Shown: in pieces, positions 21,698-28,427 of the stretch
How positions within the stretch are numbered: the first letter of the stretch is position 1
How the letters are laid out: the number at the start of each line of letters is the position of its first letter
DNA from: Microbacteriaceae bacterium
Lineage (GTDB): Bacteria; Actinomycetota; Actinomycetes; Actinomycetales; Microbacteriaceae
Assembly (NCBI GenBank): GCA_035555435.1
Contig: DATMGN010000017.1
Span: 10,775-74,774, forward strand
Direction: 5' to 3'
Length of the DNA: 64,000 bases
The notes under the pieces: model-generated
Seen by the model: only the letters and a program-made list of their open reading frames with translations
The model's database searches: none
What the model was told of the DNA's origin: nothing
Translations under genes and position numbers: made by a program

Positions 21698-22488
21698 GCT
21701 CCTCCCAGGTCGTCCCCTCGCCGCCGGTGAACCCCGGCGGCGAGGGGACGGCCCTCATCCTGGACGGGGTCACCCGGCGCTTCGGCGGCCTCATGGCGCT
21801 GGCGGGCGTCAGTGTCATCCTGCCCAGGGGCGGCCGGCTCGCCGTCATCGGCCCGAATGGCGCCGGCAAGACGACGCTGTTCCGCCTCATCTCGGGGGAG
21901 ATGCGCGCGAGCGACGGCACGATCTCGCTCTTCGGCGAGGATGTGTCGCGCGCCAGCGAGCGGGCTCGCGCCCGGCGGGGCATCGCGCGCACCTTCCAGG
22001 TCTCCAACCTCTTCGTCGACCTCTCCGTCCTCGACAACGTCCGGATCGCTGCGCAGGCGGGGACGTCGCGTCCGCGCCGATTCTGGTGGCCGGTGTCCGA
22101 ACGCGATGCGGTCACCCTCCGAGCGAAGGCGATGCTCGAGCGCGTCGGGCTCGGCAGCCGCGGCGCGGACCCCGTCGCGGATCTCTCGCACGGCGAGCAG
22201 CGCCAGCTCGAGATCGCGATGGCGCTCGTCGTCGAGCCGCGCCTGCTGCTGCTCGACGAGCCGGCCGCGGGACTCTCGGCGGCGGAGCGGAAGGTGCTGC
22301 GCCGCCTGCTCGAGGAGCTGCCGGAGGGCCTCAGCCTCGTCCTCATCGAGCACGACATGTCGCTCGCGCTCGAGCTCGTCGACCACGTGCTCTGCCTCGA
22401 TAACGGTGTGCCGCTCGCCTACGGCACACCCGACGAGATCCGCGCCAACCCCGCCGTGCAGGCGGTCTACCTGGGCAGGAGGGACTGA
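21694..22488 (+). CDS. livG: ABC transporter ATP-binding protein (LivG type)
   Basis: GPNGAGKTTLF Walker A, LSHGEQRQLEIA signature, LLLLDEPAAGL Walker B. Confidence 0.88.
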   Translation: MSSSQVVPSPPVNPGGEGTALILDGVTRRFGGLMALAGVSVILPRGGRLAVIGPNGAGKTTLFRLISGEMRASDGTISLFGEDVSRASERARARRGIARTFQVSNLFVDLSVLDNVRIAAQAGTSRPRRFWWPVSERDAVTLRAKAMLERVGLGSRGADPVADLSHGEQRQLEIAMALVVEPRLLLLDEPAAGLSAAERKVLRRLLEELPEGLSLVLIEHDMSLALELVDHVLCLDNGVPLAYGTPDEIRANPAVQAVYLGRRD

Positions 22489-23240
22489 TGGCTGCTCCCG
22501 ATGAGCTCGAGCCCCGGCCCGAGACGCTGCTCGCGGTCGACGGGCTCGACGTTGGCTATGCGACGTCGCACGTCCTGAGCGGCGTGAGCCTCGCCGTCGG
22601 GGTCGGCGAGTCGCTCGGCATCCTCGGCCGCAACGGCATGGGCAAGACGACGCTCGTCCGCGCGATCATGGGTCTCAAGCCGCCGACGGTGACGGCAGGC
22701 GAGGTGCGCTTCGCGGGTGAGCGGGTGCTCGGGCTCGCGCCGCACCGCGTCGCGGGGCTCGGACTCGGGCTCGTGCCGCAGGGGCGCCAGGTGTGGGGGA
22801 GCCTCACCGTCCGGGAGAACCTGCGCATCGTCCCCGCGCGCCGTGTCGACCCCGGCGACGAGCCCTGGTCGGTCGAGCGCGTGTTCGACTTCTTCCCGCG
22901 TCTCGCGGAGCGCGAGCGCTCCTTCGCCCGCACCCTGTCGGGCGGCGAGCAGCAGATGCTCGCGATCGGCCGGGCGCTCATGACGAACCCGCGGCTGCTC
23001 GTCATGGACGAGCCGTCCGAGGGGCTCGCCCCCGCGGTGCTGCGCGTCATTCGCGACCGCCTTCAGGAGCTGCGCGCGCTCGGCCTCGCGGTGCTCGTCG
23101 CCGAGCAGAACGTCGACCTCGCGCTCGCGCTGTCCGACCGGATCGCGATTCTCGGCGAGCACGGGGCGATCGTGTGGGAGGGGCCGTCGCGTTCGCTCGT
23201 GAGCGATCCGGGGCCGATCCACGCGCACCTCGGACTTTGA
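22488..23240 (+). CDS. livF: ABC transporter ATP-binding protein (LivF type)
   Basis: GRNGMGKTTLV Walker A, LSGGEQQMLAIG signature, LLVMDEPSEGL Walker B. Confidence 0.88.
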   Translation: MAAPDELEPRPETLLAVDGLDVGYATSHVLSGVSLAVGVGESLGILGRNGMGKTTLVRAIMGLKPPTVTAGEVRFAGERVLGLAPHRVAGLGLGLVPQGRQVWGSLTVRENLRIVPARRVDPGDEPWSVERVFDFFPRLAERERSFARTLSGGEQQMLAIGRALMTNPRLLVMDEPSEGLAPAVLRVIRDRLQELRALGLAVLVAEQNVDLALALSDRIAILGEHGAIVWEGPSRSLVSDPGPIHAHLGL

Positions 23241-23267
23241 ACTTCATCCCCCACGAAAGGAATCGCA

Positions 23268-24554
23268 TTGTCCACATTCGAGCGCCTCGAACCGGATCCT
23301 TCGAAGGCCGACCACCTGCCCTATGCGCCCGCCGTCCTCGTGCCGGCGGGCTCCGAGTACTTCTTCCTGTCGGGCGTGAGCCCGCTGCCGCTCTACCACG
23401 CGCACCCGCACGTGCCGGAGGAGTGCGTGCTGCCGGATGACGCGGCCGAGCAGACGCGGCGGATGATGCGCAACCTCACCGATCAGCTCGCCGGCCTCGG
23501 CCTGGACTGGTCGCACGTCATTCACATCTACGAGTTCCTCACGGACATGCGCGACACGGATGCGGTGCACAAGCACATGTACGGGCACCTCGTCGAGACG
23601 CCGGGCACCGACGAGAACTGGACGCCGGCCTCGACGCTCATCGGCGTCAACCGGTTGAGCGCGCCCGGCGCGCGCGTCGAGTTCGACATCATCGCGGCAC
23701 GCCCGCCGTCGGGGCCGGTCGGGGCGCGCCCGCGGCCCGCTCAGGTCTCGGTGCGCGGCCACGGTCCGATCGCGTCGGTCGCGAGCGATGAGGAGCTGCT
23801 GTGGATGTCGGGGTCGACCGCGATCGACTTCTACCACCACCACCCCCACATCGAGGACGAGGAGGACGTGCCGTACCGCGCGAGCGGGCAGGTGAAGAAG
23901 ATCTTCGACATGTTCGACCCCGTGCTCGACTTCATGCGGGTCGGCTGGGGTGACGTCGTGAAGTTCTACGAATGGGGTACGGATTCGCGTGACTTCGCGG
24001 CGACCGACGCGGAGGTGGGCAAGCGGTTCGCGGGGCTCGCCGTCCACCCGCCGCGCACGACGGTCGACATCGACGCACTGAGCGGTCCCGCGGCCCGGCT
24101 CGAGCTCGAGATGATCGCGACCCGCGGCCCCAAGCCGGACGGACCGGCAGGGGAGCACGCGTCGGTCATCGAGATGCTGCACCCGCAGCCGGAGAAGGCC
24201 TACCTGCTGCCGTACGCGCCGGCGATCCGCGTGGCGGACGCGCCGCTGCACTTCCTCTCTGGGGTCGGGCCCCTGCCGACGGAGTCGAATGAGGCGATCC
24301 CGGACGACATCGCGCTGCAGACGAGGATGGCGATGGACAACCTCGACGTGCAGCTGGCCGCGCTGGGGCTCGGATGGCGCAACGTCGTCAAGGTCATCCA
24401 CCAGGTCATCGACATGCGCGAGGTCGAGCAGATCAGCACGGCGCTCGCGGAGCGCTACGGGACCTCCTGGACGCCGGCGGCGACCGTGACGGAGGTCGAT
24501 GCGCTGCCGCGCGAGGGCGCCCGCCTGCAGATGGATATCATCCTCGCCGGCTGA
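23268..24554 (+). CDS. three tandem RidA/YjgF-like domains in one 428-aa polypeptide
   Basis: Three ~140-aa repeats. (1) HLPYAPAVLVPAGSEYFFLSGV...GARVEFDIIAA. (2) ELLWMSGSTAID...AARLELEMIAT. (3) LLPYAPAIRVADAPLHFLSGV...GARLQMDIILA. Confidence 0.7.
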   Translation: MSTFERLEPDPSKADHLPYAPAVLVPAGSEYFFLSGVSPLPLYHAHPHVPEECVLPDDAAEQTRRMMRNLTDQLAGLGLDWSHVIHIYEFLTDMRDTDAVHKHMYGHLVETPGTDENWTPASTLIGVNRLSAPGARVEFDIIAARPPSGPVGARPRPAQVSVRGHGPIASVASDEELLWMSGSTAIDFYHHHPHIEDEEDVPYRASGQVKKIFDMFDPVLDFMRVGWGDVVKFYEWGTDSRDFAATDAEVGKRFAGLAVHPPRTTVDIDALSGPAARLELEMIATRGPKPDGPAGEHASVIEMLHPQPEKAYLLPYAPAIRVADAPLHFLSGVGPLPTESNEAIPDDIALQTRMAMDNLDVQLAALGLGWRNVVKVIHQVIDMREVEQISTALAERYGTSWTPAATVTEVDALPREGARLQMDIILAG

Positions 24555-24576
24555 GCGAGGCGGTCGTGGTGCCGGC

Positions 24577-25200
24577 TCAGGCGGTCGGCACCACGACCGG
24601 CGTCGGGTTGAGGTTGCGAATCCGGTCGATCACGGTGTCGACGATCCGCACCTGGTTGATCGGCGACGTCGTCTTGGGGTCCAGCAGCGGCACGACCTGC
24701 AGGCCGGTCGTCAGCCACAGCAGCTCGTCGACGACGAGCGCGGTCGCGACCTCCTCGCGGATCTCGGCGCTCGCGCGCGCGAGGTCGAGGTGCTGCTCGA
24801 AGAAGCCTCGCCAGATCGCGTGCGAGTCGGCGTGCACCTTCATGAGCGCGGGGATGGAGGCGGCGCGATCCCAGAACGCGACGGCGACGCGCGACTCGAT
24901 CTGGCGCTCGCGGTCCAGCGGCAGCATCTCCATGCACAGCGCCCGGATGGCGGCGAGTCCCGTCTTGTCGCCGGTCGCGAGGGCGGCCCGCTCGTTGATG
25001 CGGTAGAAGGTGCGCTGGTAGGCGGCGACGAGCAGCTCGTCCTTGTTGACGAAGTAGTGCTTGAGCCCGCCGTTGGCGAAGCCGGCCTCGGCCGCGATCT
25101 CGCGCATGGTCGCGGCCGCGAAGCCGCCCCGCGCGATGATCCGCCACGTCGCCTCGACGATCTCGATGCGACGCTGCTCATGGTCGACCTGCTTCGGCAC
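24577..25200 (-). CDS. TetR/AcrR family transcriptional regulator
   Basis: 207 aa. N-terminal HTH RRIEIVEATWRIIARGGFAAATMREIAAEAGFANGGLKHYFVNKDELL. Confidence 0.88.
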   Translation of the reverse strand: MPKQVDHEQRRIEIVEATWRIIARGGFAAATMREIAAEAGFANGGLKHYFVNKDELLVAAYQRTFYRINERAALATGDKTGLAAIRALCMEMLPLDRERQIESRVAVAFWDRAASIPALMKVHADSHAIWRGFFEQHLDLARASAEIREEVATALVVDELLWLTTGLQVVPLLDPKTTSPINQVRIVDTVIDRIRNLNPTPVVVPTA

Positions 25201-25227
25201 GTGCTGTCCTCCGAACGCCAGCCTATA

Positions 25228-25243
25228 GTCTCCCGCGGGAGAC
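25228..25243. promoter_or_regulatory. perfect 16-bp palindrome GTCTCCCGCGGGAGAC, 28 bp upstream of the TetR start
   Basis: Self-complementary over 16/16 positions. Candidate TetR auto-operator. Confidence 0.5.
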
Positions 25244-25303
25244 GAACCGAGCCCGTGTCCGGACGCGCTAGACTCTTTCGCGGTCCGGACTCGTTTCCGG
25301 CCC

Positions 25304-25344
25304 GCCGCCTTAGCTCAGTCGGCAGAGCATCTCACTCGTAATGA
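25304..25344 (+). pseudogene. 5' half of host tRNA-Thr(CGT), interrupted at the anticodon loop by the prophage (attL)
   Basis: GCCGCCT-TA-GCTC-AGTCGGCA-GAGC-A-TCTCA-CTCGTAA-TGA. The following sequence does not form the anticodon-stem 3' strand or a T arm. The matching 3' half is at 61227-61265. Confidence 0.85.
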
Positions 25345-25634
25345 TGAGGACCAGACTCGGGGGCAGGCTCGGCACTAGGCGGTCCCCATAGGAGCCAGTT
25401 CTGATCGACGCCGGTCGCGGCGCTGACCTTGGTGACGACTTCGGTGATCTTCCTGGGGGAGACGCCGTTCTCATAGCGAGCCCAATCGTTCTGACCTAGG
25501 CCGCATTTGACCGATGCCTCGGTTTGGTTCCAGCTCTTCGTCTGGCGGACCATCGCCAAGCGCGTACCGAACTCCGACGCGGTCGGGATCCACGCGCGTT
25601 CGGTCGCCTCGGGTACTGCACTCTGTGTTGTCAT
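25332..25634 (-). CDS. XRE-family phage repressor, prophage (truncated) form, 100 aa
   Basis: MTTQSAVPEATERAWIPTASEFGTRLAMVRQTKSWNQTEASVKCGLGQNDWARYENGVSPRKITEVVTKVSAATGVDQNWLLWG... HTH_XRE pattern. ORF crosses attL and ends in tRNA-derived sequence. Confidence 0.8.
   Translation of the reverse strand: MTTQSAVPEATERAWIPTASEFGTRLAMVRQTKSWNQTEASVKCGLGQNDWARYENGVSPRKITEVVTKVSAATGVDQNWLLWGPPSAEPAPESGPHHYE
25338..25344. repeat. attL crossover core GTAATGA
   Basis: Identical 7-mer at 61227-61233. Flanks partly similar (CTCGTAATGATGAGGACC vs CTTGTAATGAGAAGGTC). Confidence 0.75.
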
Positions 25635-25763
25635 GCAACAGATAGTGGCATAAGTCGCGCATAGCGCGCAATACGCGCGCGGGTATTTCCCAGGAACGGG
25701 TGCGCGACACGCCGCAAAAGATGTGTATTGCATCTAATGCGTGGGTATGCAACACTCAGACGC
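25635..25763. promoter_or_regulatory. divergent repressor / early-lytic control region with repeated ATGCAAYA half-sites
   Basis: ATGCAACA at 25633-25640 and 25747-25754. Inverted TATTGCAT at 25726-25733. GC-alternating block GCGCATAGCGCGCAATACGCGCGC at 25657-25680. Confidence 0.45.
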
Positions 25764-25952
25764 ATGACATCCGAAGTGTCGCATCTCACCACTAAGGAAG
25801 TGGCTAAGAGGTTCCGGGTCGATCCCTCGACCGTCCGCCGTTGGGCCGATTCCGGCTCCGTCCCGGCAACGAAGACACCGGGCGGTCGGTACCGGTTCGA
25901 CGCCGCCGACATCGACGCCCTCCTGACCTCCCCCGCGGAGAAGGCATCGTGA
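25764..25952 (+). CDS. excisionase-family (MerR-like) HTH DNA-binding protein, Xis/Cro candidate
   Basis: MTSEVSHLTTKEVAKRFRVDPSTVRRWADSGSVPATKTPGGRYRFDAADIDALL. Divergent from the repressor. Confidence 0.75.
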   Translation: MTSEVSHLTTKEVAKRFRVDPSTVRRWADSGSVPATKTPGGRYRFDAADIDALLTSPAEKAS

Positions 25953-26015
25953 GCGAGCTCTGGCCCGTGTCCCACGAAGCCGCTGTCGCCGAGATCGAGT
26001 GGATGACGAAGCGAC

Positions 26016-26219
26016 TCACCGCGATTGCAGAAAGCGTTCGATTCGCGCTATCCGTTCCGAGTTCTTATCGATCTGCTCCGCCAGCAGATTCAACGTGGAT
26101 TGCAGGGACACGAGCACGTCCCGCATCCACGGGTCGATCTGCGGGTGACCAGGGCTATACGTGCGACCGCTGTGCCACGTGTGGAACGCCGCGACGTTCT
26201 CCTTCGCAGAACTCGCCAT
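26016..26219 (-). CDS. hypothetical 67-aa protein, reverse-oriented, predicted coiled-coil C-terminus
   Basis: ATG comp. 26217-26219 preceded by GAAGGAGAAG. GC3-rich. MASSAKENVAAFHTWHSGRTYSPGHPQIDPWMRDVLVSLQSTLNLLAEQIDKNSERIARIERFLQSR. Confidence 0.55.
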   Translation of the reverse strand: MASSAKENVAAFHTWHSGRTYSPGHPQIDPWMRDVLVSLQSTLNLLAEQIDKNSERIARIERFLQSR

Positions 26220-26352
26220 TCGCTTCTCCTTCTGTCGGTGGCCCGGAAGTTGCACCTTCCGATCTGGCCGATGCAGCCACAGTAGGAGTCGCCCCGGACA
26301 CGGTGCCGCCTTCGGGCGCTGTGTCCGGGGACCCCAATGATGGGGGTGCGCG

Positions 26353-26529
26353 ATGAAGCTCCTCCGCGACATCCTCATCGTCGCCGCTGTGTTCGTCGTC
26401 GTGTTCACCGCGATCTGTTTCGTTCCGGTCGCGTTGGCGTTGGTCTTGTGGGCGGGTGTTCTCGCTTTGTTCGTGGTCGTGCCGGTGGGTGCGATCATTC
26501 GGCGTCGGTCACTCAGGAGCGGACGATGA
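26353..26529 (+). CDS. small two-TM membrane protein (58 aa)
   Basis: MKLLRDILIVAAVFVVVFTAICFVPVALALVLWAGVLALFVVVPVGAIIRRRSLRSGR. ATGA overlap with the next gene. Confidence 0.5.
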   Translation: MKLLRDILIVAAVFVVVFTAICFVPVALALVLWAGVLALFVVVPVGAIIRRRSLRSGR

Positions 26530-26810
26530 CCGCGACCGTGATCCCGTTCATTCCCCGCCCTGTGATGGAGAGCGGTCGGGAGGGTTGTGGGCCGCGTGTC
26601 CTGCCGGATGGTTGGGCGCGTGTGTCGACCGTCGTGCGATACGGGGATGACAAGGACGCCGTGTATTGGCATGGTCCCGTCGTCGCTCGCACCCCGGACG
26701 CGATCACGTTGACGATCTACGGCGAGGACGTCACGTTCCCGTTGGAGCAGCGTGCCCTGGTGAACGGGTGCGACATGCCGGTGCGACCGGGCTGGGTGGT
26801 GTCCGAATGA
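26526..26810 (+). CDS. hypothetical phage protein (94 aa)
   Basis: ATG 26526 after CAGGAGCGGAC. The upstream part of track ORF 26337 is Arg-rich junk. Confidence 0.55.
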   Translation: MTATVIPFIPRPVMESGREGCGPRVLPDGWARVSTVVRYGDDKDAVYWHGPVVARTPDAITLTIYGEDVTFPLEQRALVNGCDMPVRPGWVVSE

Positions 26811-27052
26811 GCGACACGCTCGCCGCGCTCCTGCATGTGGGGCAGACGGTGCAAACGCCCTTGTGGGATGCGGAGCTTCAGCGGCCGGCCCGCGCGGTGG
26901 TGACGTCGATCACGGCCATTGGTGAGCGTTTGCGCGTGTCCTATCGGTATCCGTCCGGGTACACGTCGGGGCAGTGGCTCAGTCCGCATGACCGTATCCC
27001 GGTCCCTGAATCGTCCGACCTGACCCCTCCTCGGCAGGTCGGCACCGGGTAG
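26807..27052 (+). CDS. hypothetical phage protein (81 aa)
   Basis: ATGA overlap with the upstream gene. GC3-rich. Confidence 0.55.
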   Translation: MSDTLAALLHVGQTVQTPLWDAELQRPARAVVTSITAIGERLRVSYRYPSGYTSGQWLSPHDRIPVPESSDLTPPRQVGTG

Positions 27053-27085
27053 CGAAAGCAGGGCCGGAGAGCCCAGCTACCCGCG

Positions 27086-27157
27086 CGGGGGTCGGACCCG
27101 AATCGACCCCCGCACCCAAACCACAGACAGAGAAAGCCCCCGGCGCGAACCGGGGGC
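27086..27157 (+). terminator. two GC-rich stem-loops in an early-region gap
   Basis: CGGGGGTCG...CGACCCCCG (27086-27112) and GCCCCCGG-cgcgaa-CCGGGGGC (27136-27157). No clear U-tract. Confidence 0.4.
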
Positions 27158-27185
27158 ACGACAACCGAAGGAATGGAGCCCTCGA

Positions 27186-27665
27186 ATGTCATCACAATCG
27201 TACGCCCCATACGACCTCAGAGCTGAGCAAGTGCAGGACGTTCCCCTTTTCGAGTCGATCGAAGCCGCATGGCCGACGATCACCGGTCTGTCACCTGCTG
27301 AGCATGAATACGACCGGCTCGTGTCGGGAGTGCCTGACTTGGCGCGACCAACCGATCCCGCTGAGTCGCACGCCGCGGCCCTCGCGATTCTCCCCAAGCG
27401 GAAGCGGTCACAGATCGCGGTCCTCAGGCTCATCGCAGAACTTGGATGGATCGACGGGCAGGAGTTGAACCGCGAGTACCGGGAACGGTACGCGAACACT
27501 GACATGCACCTTTCGTATGACTCGCCACGTAAGCGCGCGGGTGAGCTCATCGAACCCGGTCTCGTGCAGGTCCGCTCAGGGCATATCGCAGCGAACGGGA
27601 ATCCCGCACGCGAGTTCAAGATCACCGACCTGGGATGGGCACGACTGCGGGAGGTGACCGCGTGA
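27186..27665 (+). CDS. hypothetical phage protein (159 aa), possible winged-helix DNA-binding domain
   Basis: RBS GAAGGAATGGAG upstream. ...RSQIAVLRLIAELGWIDGQELNREY... Confidence 0.6.
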   Translation: MSSQSYAPYDLRAEQVQDVPLFESIEAAWPTITGLSPAEHEYDRLVSGVPDLARPTDPAESHAAALAILPKRKRSQIAVLRLIAELGWIDGQELNREYRERYANTDMHLSYDSPRKRAGELIEPGLVQVRSGHIAANGNPAREFKITDLGWARLREVTA

Positions 27666-28165
27666 TCAACATCAAGGACATCAAGCCAGGCGACACGATC
27701 GAGTTGACGTTCGAGAGCGTGAAGCTCATTCGTACGGCGACGTTGAACGGCCCGACGATCAATGCGCGGCTAGCGGTGGAGACGATGCCGCGCGGCACAT
27801 TCGTAAGCATCGCGCGCCTTATCGCCGACGGCTGGTCGATCACCGACCACAAGCCGAAGGTCGAACTGCCGACCGAGCCGGGCTGGTATCAGGCGGCATC
27901 GTTTCCCATCAGCGATCCGGGCTGGTATCCGTACGTCCTTGACGTAGACGGCGTCTGGCGCAGCTATGGCGACACCGGCTTCAAGGCGATGGACGACCCG
28001 GATGAACTGGCGACGGATGGCCCCCTCACCCGCCTCGTCCCCGAGGGCTCCGAGCGTGAGCAGGCAATCCAGGAAGTCATCGACTGGATCGGCTCGAGGC
28101 GAGCGGTAGCCGCCGAGATCACCCTGCTACGAGAGGCCCGTGAGCACTTCGGGGTCCAGTCGTGA
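27662..28165 (+). CDS. hypothetical phage protein (167 aa)
   Basis: GTGA overlap with the upstream stop. Coding-like GC3. Confidence 0.6.
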   Translation: MINIKDIKPGDTIELTFESVKLIRTATLNGPTINARLAVETMPRGTFVSIARLIADGWSITDHKPKVELPTEPGWYQAASFPISDPGWYPYVLDVDGVWRSYGDTGFKAMDDPDELATDGPLTRLVPEGSEREQAIQEVIDWIGSRRAVAAEITLLREAREHFGVQS

Positions 28166-28335
28166 TCCCGTTCCCGTCTCCTCTGTACCGGCGCCCGTCG
28201 TGGCGTGAGCGGTTCGGTTTCGCACTCGTGAACTACGTGCCGTGGTCGCCGACGCTCATCGCAGTGAGCATTCTCGCGGTCCTGATTGTGCCGCTCGCGG
28301 TGGTCGGCATGGTCGTGCTGGCGGTGACACGGTGA
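28162..28335 (+). CDS. small membrane protein (57 aa)
   Basis: GTGA overlap. ...PTLIAVSILAVLIVPLAVVGMVVLAV. Confidence 0.4.
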   Translation: MIPFPSPLYRRPSWRERFGFALVNYVPWSPTLIAVSILAVLIVPLAVVGMVVLAVTR

Positions 28336-28427
28336 ACCGCACCTGGTATCTGCTGAGCGTCATCGGCGGCAGCATCGTCGCGCTCATCGTCCTCATGGCG
28401 CTCGTGAACCTCGGGGTTCGCGCATGA
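28332..28427 (+). CDS. membrane peptide (31 aa)
   Basis: GTGA overlap. VNRTWYLLSVIGGSIVALIVLMALVNLGVRA. Confidence 0.3.
   Translation: MNRTWYLLSVIGGSIVALIVLMALVNLGVRA

Noticed and set aside
25304-25390. Possibility that the left junction is an intact tRNA-Thr
   Set aside because: After the anticodon loop, TGATG mismatches TCTCA and no 5-7-5 T arm can be drawn before AGGCGGT. The true complementary 3' half is at 61227-61265.
25841-26356. 171-aa plus-strand ORF after the Xis/Cro gene
   Set aside because: No RBS and a poor, Arg/Pro-rich translation. It is overlapped by a minus-strand ORF with a strong RBS and better third-position GC.
26337-26810. 157-aa ORF as a single gene
   Set aside because: The N-terminal 63 codons are Arg/Gly-rich and overlap a better 58-aa membrane ORF in another frame. 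ATG 26526, which has an RBS, was chosen.
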